A stretch of 32,000 bases of DNA from NCBI RefSeq assembly GCF_000023965.1, contig NC_013202.1, positions 870,001-902,000 of the forward strand, written 5' to 3'. The stretch is from Halomicrobium mukohataei DSM 12286 (GTDB taxonomy: Archaea; Halobacteriota; Halobacteria; Halobacteriales; Haloarculaceae). Below the pieces are notes generated by a model. That model saw nothing but the letters and a program-made list of their open reading frames with translations, did not search any database and was not told the DNA's origin. Position numbers and translations under genes: made by a program. Of the stretch, positions 25,704 to 32,000 are shown piece after piece (the stretch's first letter is position 1; each line of letters opens with the position of its first letter).

Positions 25704-27791
25704 TTAGGCCGCGCTCTCGGCGGCGATCGCTTCGGCCAGCAGTTCGGTGACGCCGACGATCTCGATGTCGTCCTCGTAGTCGCCGGTCTTGCGGCCGTCC
25801 TCGTACATCGTCATGCACATCGGGCAGGCGACGACGAAGCGATCCACGGTCGCGCCCGCTTCGGTGTCCTCCAGGGCCTCGCGCAGGCGCTCTTCGCTGG
25901 GTTTTGCCTCCTCTTCGAGGTCCATCCAGAGGCCGCCCCCGCCCCCGCCACAGCAGAAGGAGTCGTCGCGGTTGCGGGGCATCTCCACGCGGTCGACGCC
26001 CGTCGCGTCGATCAGCGCCCGCGGGGCCTCGAACTCGCCGTTGTACCGCCCGAGGTGGCAGGGGTCGTGGTAGGTGACGGTGTCTGTGAGCGTCGCCGGC
26101 ACGGCCAGTCGCCCGGTCTCGACGAGGTCGGCGACGACCTGCGTGTAGTGGGCCACGTCGTCTCCCTCCCACTCGCAGGCCTCGAACTCGGGGTACTCGT
26201 GTTTGAACGTGTTGAACGAGTGGGGGTCCGTACAGACGATCCGGCCGAACTCGCAGTCCTGGATAGCGGCCGCGTTGTCCTCGACGAGCATCTCGTAGAG
26301 CCCCTCCTCGCCGACGCGGCGCACGTCGTTGCCGTCGGTCTGCTCGTCCTCGTAGAGGATGCCGTAGGAGGCGTCGCTGGCTTCGAACACGCGGGCCAGC
26401 GCCTTGGCGATCTCCTGGTTGCGGTCGTCGTAGCTGGGGTAGTCGCCGACGTACCAGCAGTAGTCGACGGGCTCCTCGCGGGCGTCGGGCACGTCGAAAT
26501 CCAGTTCCTCGGTCCAGTCGGGCCGCTTGCGTTCGGGTTCGCCGAAGGTGTTGCCCTGCTGGAAGACGTTCATCATGGCGTCCTGGACGTGTTCGTCCAT
26601 CTGGCCCGACTCCGTCAGCCGGCGGTTCATCTCGGTGAAGTGAGTGAGGTGTTCGATCTCGACCGGACAGGCGTCCATGCAGGCCATACAGGCCATGCAG
26701 GACTCCATCGTCGCGCTGTCGACGACTGATGTACCCCCATCCGCGACGATGTCGACGGCCTCGCCCCCGGCGTCCCGTTCTTCGCGGTACTGCTTCAGGT
26801 CGAGGATCACGTCGCGCGGATCGAGCGGGCGGCCCGACTCCTTGGCCGGACACGCCGACGAGCAGCGGCCACACTTCGTGCAGGCGTCCTGATCGAGCAG
26901 CTGTTTCCAGGAGAAGTCGTCGATCTCGCTTGGGCCGATCTCCTCCGGGCTGGCGTCTTCGGGGACGCCGGGGAGGCGCTTGCCGGCCTTCTCGTCGCGA
27001 GTGACGACGTTGGCAAAGGACGACAGCATGTGGAAGGGCTTGGCGTAGGGCACCCAGGCGACGAAGGCCAGCGCCAGCAGCGAGTGGCTCCACCAGATCA
27101 CGGGGTAGGCGGCGGCCGCCATCTCGGGGGAAACACCTGCAGCGGCGAGCCACTCCTTGCCCGCCCAGCCGACGAAACTCCACGTCTCGAAGCTCACGTT
27201 TCGGACCGCGCTCGTCCCGAGGATGCGGACGGCCTCGGTGACGTACCCGCCGACGCCGAGCAGGAAGAGCGCGCCGAGGAAGTAGTCGTCCTCGCGGGCG
27301 GTGTGGCGGCCGTGGAGCCGGTCCGTCCGGCGGACGTACCGCCGCCACATCGCGACGCCGACCCCGACGACGAACAACAGCCCCATCGCGTCCATCACGA
27401 AGGAATAGGAGAGGTAGAACTCGCCGACGAAGAAGGACTCGCCGGTCAGGGGCCGGTAGAGGTCCATGTCGATGCCCAGAATCGTCGTCCCGATCAGCAG
27501 CGTCAGGAACCCCCAGAAGACGAAGGTGTGCATCACGCCCGCGACGAGGTCGCGGTCGAACTGCTTGGCGTTGGTCAGCGCGAGGCGCGCGCCCGAGAGG
27601 ATCCGCGAGGGAAGCGCGTCCAGGCGCGGGAACGGCTCGTCACTCCCGCGAGTGTAGCGTGTGAGACGCTCGTACACGCCGAAGGCGAACACGAGCAACG
27701 CCAGCGCCGCGAGGTAGTAGAACACCGCCTTGCCGACCGGTCCGATCTGCCAGAAGGTCGGTCTGGTGGTGGTCTGGAGTGGAACTGTCAT
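25704..27791 (-). CDS. Membrane-anchored (Fe-S)-binding oxidoreductase: NarI/DsrM-like heme-b membrane domain fused to an HdrD/DsrK-like module (2x[4Fe-4S] + two CCG domains)
   Basis: The N-terminal ~230 aa have 5-6 TM helices containing His residues. The ferredoxin motifs are CTKCGRCSSACP and CMACMACMDACP. The CCG-type motifs are YHDPCHLGR, FCCGGGGG and VVACPMCMTM. Confidence 0.7.
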   Translation of the reverse strand: MTVPLQTTTRPTFWQIGPVGKAVFYYLAALALLVFAFGVYERLTRYTRGSDEPFPRLDALPSRILSGARLALTNAKQFDRDLVAGVMHTFVFWGFLTLLIGTTILGIDMDLYRPLTGESFFVGEFYLSYSFVMDAMGLLFVVGVGVAMWRRYVRRTDRLHGRHTAREDDYFLGALFLLGVGGYVTEAVRILGTSAVRNVSFETWSFVGWAGKEWLAAAGVSPEMAAAAYPVIWWSHSLLALAFVAWVPYAKPFHMLSSFANVVTRDEKAGKRLPGVPEDASPEEIGPSEIDDFSWKQLLDQDACTKCGRCSSACPAKESGRPLDPRDVILDLKQYREERDAGGEAVDIVADGGTSVVDSATMESCMACMACMDACPVEIEHLTHFTEMNRRLTESGQMDEHVQDAMMNVFQQGNTFGEPERKRPDWTEELDFDVPDAREEPVDYCWYVGDYPSYDDRNQEIAKALARVFEASDASYGILYEDEQTDGNDVRRVGEEGLYEMLVEDNAAAIQDCEFGRIVCTDPHSFNTFKHEYPEFEACEWEGDDVAHYTQVVADLVETGRLAVPATLTDTVTYHDPCHLGRYNGEFEAPRALIDATGVDRVEMPRNRDDSFCCGGGGGGLWMDLEEEAKPSEERLREALEDTEAGATVDRFVVACPMCMTMYEDGRKTGDYEDDIEIVGVTELLAEAIAAESAA

Positions 27792-27949
27792 GTGCTACCA
27801 CGAACCGGAAGCCGCTTAAATTTTGCTCCGAACCCGCGCCGTCTTGCGAGAACGAGCCAGCCGTTTTGAGTTGTCTGCCTCGTCGGCGATCGCAGTCTTG
27901 CCACGTCGTCGACAGGTATAAACGGTAGAAGGCACAGAGATACGGTCCG

Positions 27950-28552
27950 ATGGACGAGAAAACAGAGGAGCTCCGAGACATCTTCGTCGACGTAGCGGGC
28001 GAGGACACCGTCACCGAGCGCCAGGAGGACGGCCACGGCTCGCTACTCTCCGACGAAGGGGGTGTCGAGGAGCGCCTGCTGACAGTGATCGACCGTCTGT
28101 GCGAGCGCTTCGAGGTGGACACATCGCTGTCGGACGAGGCACTCGTCACGGTCGTCCGTCGCTACTACGAGGGCGACGACGACGCGGCCATCGCCGACGC
28201 CGTCGACGCCGACACCGACGTGGTCACCCGTGCCCGGATCGACCTCCACCTGCTCCGAGACGAGGACACCGACGCACCGTTCGACCTGGCACGACTGCGC
28301 GAGGCCGACACCGCCGAGACCGTCCGCGAGGAGTTCGATCTCACGGAGGCCGAACTGGCACGCTACCGGCGCGTCGTCACCGCCCAGACCCGCGCCCGGC
28401 AAGTCAGCGGTCGCTTCCAGAGCGAGTACGAAGACGTGCTCCACGACGCCGGGATCGGGACGGTGTTGACCGACGGCGTCCGTGACGACGGACTCGGGGA
28501 AGCGACCGAAGACATCGGCTCGCTGGAGGAAGACGCCGACGTGGACTTTTAA
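27950..28552 (+). CDS. Conserved haloarchaeal acidic hypothetical (I recall homologues annotated 'conditioned medium-induced protein 4')
   Basis: MDEKTEELRDIFVDVAGEDTVTERQEDGHGSL... An ATG lies ~30 bp downstream of 'aggtataaacgg' (TATA-like). The name is from memory and unverified. Confidence 0.55.
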   Translation: MDEKTEELRDIFVDVAGEDTVTERQEDGHGSLLSDEGGVEERLLTVIDRLCERFEVDTSLSDEALVTVVRRYYEGDDDAAIADAVDADTDVVTRARIDLHLLRDEDTDAPFDLARLREADTAETVREEFDLTEAELARYRRVVTAQTRARQVSGRFQSEYEDVLHDAGIGTVLTDGVRDDGLGEATEDIGSLEEDADVDF

Positions 28553-28812
28553 CTACCCGAGATCGGCGACACTTCGACGTGCCCGTCGGCCCGAACCGTC
28601 ACGTCGTGGCCCGCGTACGCGAACGTGAGCACGCCGAGCGTCTGGCGACCGCTGAACAGCGCGTCCAGCGCGTCCGGGTCGACGACTTCGTACAGCGGCG
28701 GGAGTTCCACCACCGGCTGTCCGGTGTGTGAACTGACCGCTCGGACGATCGCGGTACTTGGCTCCCACTCGTCGTCGATTTCGACACCGTTCCTACGTTC
28801 GGTCGCTGCCAT
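28549..28812 (-). CDS. HalOD1 (haloarchaeal output domain 1) stand-alone protein
   Basis: PSTAIVRAVSSHTGQPVVELPPLYEVVDPDALDALF...LTFAYAGHDVTVRADGHVEV is the HalOD1 pattern. Confidence 0.65.
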   Translation of the reverse strand: MAATERRNGVEIDDEWEPSTAIVRAVSSHTGQPVVELPPLYEVVDPDALDALFSGRQTLGVLTFAYAGHDVTVRADGHVEVSPISGS

Positions 28813-28931
28813 GTTTCGCAGATATTCACGCCAATTAATAAAAGTTCGTCAGACAGTTCAATGGATTGTACGGACGGGTCGGTGCCCGGACATTGTCTTC
28901 GAATTATCATTCAGGCAGACGATCGGCAGTA

Positions 28932-29963
28932 TCAGTCCCCAGCCGCCGACTGCCCGCCCCCCGGCTGCCCCGAGGACAGCGGCGTCCGTTCCACGACGGT
29001 CCCGTCGTACGTCGGGTGCTGCTCGACGATCTCACCCTTCTCGACGTCGCCGTCCTCGACCATCTCTTCGAGGAGCCACCAGGCGAGTTCGACGTGCTCC
29101 GATTTCACGGCGTAGAACTCCTCGGGCACGCCCAGTTCCTGCAGGCGGTCCTCGCCGACCCAGGTCTTGCCGTAGACGAGCGTGCCGTCGTCGGTGACCT
29201 CGTCGAACTCGCGGCCGATGTTGCGGGCCATGCGCTTCATCCGGGAGCGGTGCTGGGCGGCGTCCTTGAAGACGGAAGTACAGAAGTAGACCTTCTCGTG
29301 GTCGCCCATCGTCTCCAGGATCTCGTGGCTCCCCTCGACGGCGCTCATGTGGCCTTCCTTGCGCTCGAAGCCCTCCGCTTGCATCCGGCGGAAGTTCCCG
29401 TCGGACATCTCGAACTCGTTGATGTTACAGAAGTCGGCGGCCCCTTCGTCGAGAAAGTCGAGGAACTCCTCTTCGGCGCGGATGCCGGGAATCTCGAAGG
29501 CCGGTGTGAGACCTTCCTCGCGGGCGATGTAGAGGATCTCCTCCCACTCGGTGCCGTGGAGGTCGCCCCACTGTTCGAGGGGCGGGTGGAAACGGATCTC
29601 GTCGAGGCCCGCCTCGCTGAGGCGGCGCATGTTCTCGCGCCCGCCCGTGATCCCGGTGTAGAGGTGCGTGTGGTGGTCCTCGCCGAATTCGTCTTTCAGC
29701 AGTTCGAGGTAGTGACACGTTCGGTCCAGCGCCTCCTGGGGCTCGCCGCCCGTGATGGAGGTCCCCAGCGCGTCCATCAGTTTCGCCTCGGCGATCACGT
29801 CCTCGTCGGACTCGACGGGGCGCTCGTTCGCGTACACCTGATCGACGTTCTTGCGGTTCTCGCCCAGCGGACAGTAGAAGCAATCGCGCTGGTCACAGTA
29901 GCCGTAGACGAACATGACCATCTTCCCGCCCTCGGCACACTGTTCACAGCCCTTGGAGATCAT
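28932..29963 (-). CDS. Radical SAM-like protein (COG2108-like, PFL-activase related) with CX4CX2C cluster motif
   Basis: MISKGCEQCAEGGKMVMFVYGYCDQRDCFYCPLGENRK..., then GTSITGGEP (SAM-binding GGE-type motif). 343 aa. Confidence 0.65.
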   Translation of the reverse strand: MISKGCEQCAEGGKMVMFVYGYCDQRDCFYCPLGENRKNVDQVYANERPVESDEDVIAEAKLMDALGTSITGGEPQEALDRTCHYLELLKDEFGEDHHTHLYTGITGGRENMRRLSEAGLDEIRFHPPLEQWGDLHGTEWEEILYIAREEGLTPAFEIPGIRAEEEFLDFLDEGAADFCNINEFEMSDGNFRRMQAEGFERKEGHMSAVEGSHEILETMGDHEKVYFCTSVFKDAAQHRSRMKRMARNIGREFDEVTDDGTLVYGKTWVGEDRLQELGVPEEFYAVKSEHVELAWWLLEEMVEDGDVEKGEIVEQHPTYDGTVVERTPLSSGQPGGGQSAAGD

Positions 29964-30068
29964 TCAGTGCTCGGTCTTGTTCGTCCAGCGGCAAAAAGCG
30001 TCCGAAACGCGATCGCAGCGCGTCGGTCTCGTGCCCACTCGTAAGTACCGGCCGTCCGTACGGAGCGT

Positions 30069-31388
30069 ATGGCCACCCGCTCGCGGCGTGGGCTCGCGAT
30101 CGTCTTCGCCGTCGTCTTTCTGGACCTGCTGGGGTTCGGGATCATCATCCCGATCCTGCCCTACTACACGCGCACGTTCCCCGGCGGTACGGAGTTCGTC
30201 ATCGGACTGCTGGCGGCCTCGTACTCGCTCATGCAGTTCGTCTTCGCTCCACTGCTGGGCTCGCTCTCGGACCGGATCGGCCGTCGCCCCGTCATCGTGG
30301 TGTCGCTCGGCGGCTCGGTGATCGCCTGGACCGTCTTCGGGCTGGCCGACGCGCTGTGGCTGTTGTTCCTCTCACGCATGCTCGCAGGTGCGATGGGTGG
30401 GAACCTCTCGACGGCACAGGCCTACGTCGCCGACGTGACCCCGCGAGAGGAGCGAGCGAAGTCACTGGGCCTGCTCGGGGCCGCGTTCGGACTGGGATTT
30501 ATCTTCGGTCCCGGAATCGGTGCAGTGTTGAGTTTCGACGGCGTCGTCGCCGCCGTCGACGGCCTCGTCCCGGTCGTGGCCATCACCCGCTTCTCGCTGC
30601 CGAGTTTCGCCGCCGCCGCGGCGAGTCTCTGCGGCGTCGTCGTCACGCTACTGTTCCTGCCGGAGTCGCTGCCGGCCCCCGCCCGCGGCGACGAGACCAC
30701 GCGGCGGCCGTCCCAGATCGCGCAGTTGGTGACGGCCGTCCGGACGACCGGGTTGCGAGAGCTGCTCGCCGCGTTCTTCCTCGTCTCCTTCGCGTTCTCG
30801 GGCGTCCAGATCATGTTCATTCCGTTCGTCGCCGACGTGTACGGCTACACGGCGAGTCAGAGCGCGCTCTTGCTCACCTATATCGGCGTGCTGTCGGTCG
30901 TCGTCCAGGGCGTGTTGATCGGGCGACTGACGGCGCGATACGCCACAGTGTCGCTGACGGTCGGTGGGACCGCGGTGCTCGCAGTGGGCGTCGGGCTCTT
31001 GCCGTTCACGAACTGGCTGGGAGCGAGCGTCTTCGATCTGACCGGCGTCGCACCGTTTCTCACCGGCGAGTTGCTGGCACTGCTGGCGGTGCTGACGCTG
31101 CTGCCGCTCGGCAACGGCGTGTTGTCGGTGACGCTGACGACGATCGTCTCCCAGCGAGCCTCCGCCGCGACCCAGGGGAGCGCGTTCGGCCTGACACAGG
31201 GTGCCGGCAGCCTCGCGCGGACGGTCGGGCCGATCGTGATGGGCGGGCTCTACACCGTGGTGGGTTACTGGTCGCCGTTCGTCGTCGGCGCGGTGTTGCT
31301 CGTCCCCGTCGGAGTGTTGGTCCTCCGTCTCGGGAACGCTCCGGAGCCGCCCGAGCCGCGGCCTGTCGATCCGGGCCACGTTCGATGA
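30069..31388 (+). CDS. MFS transporter (drug:H+ antiporter / TCR-Tet-like)
   Basis: FLDLLGFGIIIPILPYY, MQFVFAPLLGSLSDRIGRRPVI (motif A) and LSRMLAGAMGGNLSTAQAYVADVT; 12 TM segments. Confidence 0.8.
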   Translation: MATRSRRGLAIVFAVVFLDLLGFGIIIPILPYYTRTFPGGTEFVIGLLAASYSLMQFVFAPLLGSLSDRIGRRPVIVVSLGGSVIAWTVFGLADALWLLFLSRMLAGAMGGNLSTAQAYVADVTPREERAKSLGLLGAAFGLGFIFGPGIGAVLSFDGVVAAVDGLVPVVAITRFSLPSFAAAAASLCGVVVTLLFLPESLPAPARGDETTRRPSQIAQLVTAVRTTGLRELLAAFFLVSFAFSGVQIMFIPFVADVYGYTASQSALLLTYIGVLSVVVQGVLIGRLTARYATVSLTVGGTAVLAVGVGLLPFTNWLGASVFDLTGVAPFLTGELLALLAVLTLLPLGNGVLSVTLTTIVSQRASAATQGSAFGLTQGAGSLARTVGPIVMGGLYTVVGYWSPFVVGAVLLVPVGVLVLRLGNAPEPPEPRPVDPGHVR

Positions 31389-31684
31389 AGTGTGTACCCG
31401 TATTCGGGGAGATGTTCCCACCTTTCGCATATACGTCTCTTCTCTACACCAGACACACATATTATTCAGATATATGGACGTATACTCAACTTTCAGCAGC
31501 TAATTAGTCATCCCTGTCGTTACTTGCTCCCGGTTCTGATTCAAGAACGCCAGTATACAATCATAGAGGTAGCTTACTGGTCGGAAAAGCCAGTAGACGT
31601 AGCCAGGTTCGAAAATGCGGTCGTCAAAGCTACCGGCCGTTCCCGCCACAGCGGGCATCGCGGGGGACGGCCGAATGTCCCTCG

Positions 31685-32000
31685 CTACTCGCTGCGAGCG
31701 ACGAGTTCGATCTCGACGCCGATGTCGATGGGGAGGCGGGACACTTCCATGGCCGCGCGGGCCGGGTACGGCTCGGACATGTACTCGGCGTACACTTCGT
31801 TGACCGCGTCGTAGTTGTCCATGTTGGTGACGTAGACGTTCGTCTTCAGCACGTCGTCTAGCGACGCGTCGGCAGCCTCCAGGATCGTCTCCAGATTTTC
31901 GAGGGTCTGTGCGGTCTGCTCTTTGATGTCTTCGGAGACGATCTCGCCGCTCTCGGGATCGACCGGCCCCTGGCCGGAGACGTAGATGCGGTCGCCGTCC
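31685..32000 (-). CDS. ridA: RidA/YjgF/UK114 family protein, 5'-truncated by the window edge (not in the ORF track)
   Basis: My own translation of the minus strand gives ...DGDRIYVSGQGPVDPESGEIVSEDIKEQTAQTLENLETILEAADASLDDVLKTNVYVTNMDNYDAVNEVYAEYMSEPYPARAAMEVSRLPIDIGVEIELVARSE*. This matches the RidA consensus (VSGQ, K.T.Y...M..F..VN.VY..Y, PAR..VEV..LP....VEIE). Confidence 0.8.
   Translation of the reverse strand, partial: DGDRIYVSGQGPVDPESGEIVSEDIKEQTAQTLENLETILEAADASLDDVLKTNVYVTNMDNYDAVNEVYAEYMSEPYPARAAMEVSRLPIDIGVEIELVARSE

Noticed and set aside
25446-27348. 427-aa + strand ORF and 591-aa minus alternate-frame ORF over the Fe-S oxidoreductase gene
   Set aside because: Shadow ORFs. Only the 25704..27791 frame contains the ferredoxin and CCG Cys motifs.
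28866-30044. 392-aa + strand ORF antisense to the radical-SAM gene
   Set aside because: It has shadow composition (Leu/Val/Gly/Arg/Asp) and no motifs.
31392-31814. 140-aa + strand ORF across the AT-rich spacer and antisense to ridA
   Set aside because: It has no coherent composition. Its 3' half is antisense to a clear RidA frame.

Overview
GC-rich window with an acidic (Asp/Glu-rich) predicted proteome, leaderless-looking genes with AT-rich TATA-like upstream blocks, lipobox signal peptides and a HalOD1 domain. I read it as chromosomal DNA of a haloarchaeon (class Halobacteria). Most of it is housekeeping. It contains tRNA-Gln, purine/PRPP genes (purO, prs), tetrapyrrole genes (hemL, hemB), a molybdenum-cofactor cluster (moaC, moaB, a stand-alone MoeA N-domain, a mobB-moaE fusion) and an amt-glnK-lrp nitrogen module. 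It also holds two MFS transporters, two Lrp/AsnC regulators, a radical-SAM protein, a NarI/HdrD-like membrane Fe-S protein and several conserved hypotheticals. No CRISPR array, integrase, transposase or recognisable defence gene was seen. The best candidate for a 'system' is a translationally coupled two-gene operon at ~21.0-24.9 kb. It pairs a NuoL/MrpA-like membrane subunit with a DUF2309 (DabA-like) protein that keeps all four putative Zn ligands, i.e. a DAB/MpsAB-type inorganic-carbon pump. To my knowledge this has not been studied in haloarchaea. Its upstream region holds a thrice-repeated GAACGATnnGGT motif and a structured leader. Other non-genic structure includes a 123-bp tandem repeat array carrying tRNA-Gln 3' fragments at the window edge. 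There is also an 81-nt near-perfect palindrome in the long AT-rich region upstream of amt. The many long Arg/Pro/Gly-rich ORFs in the six-frame track are shadow ORFs typical of high-GC DNA and are rejected. All family assignments come from reading motifs by eye; no database search was run.
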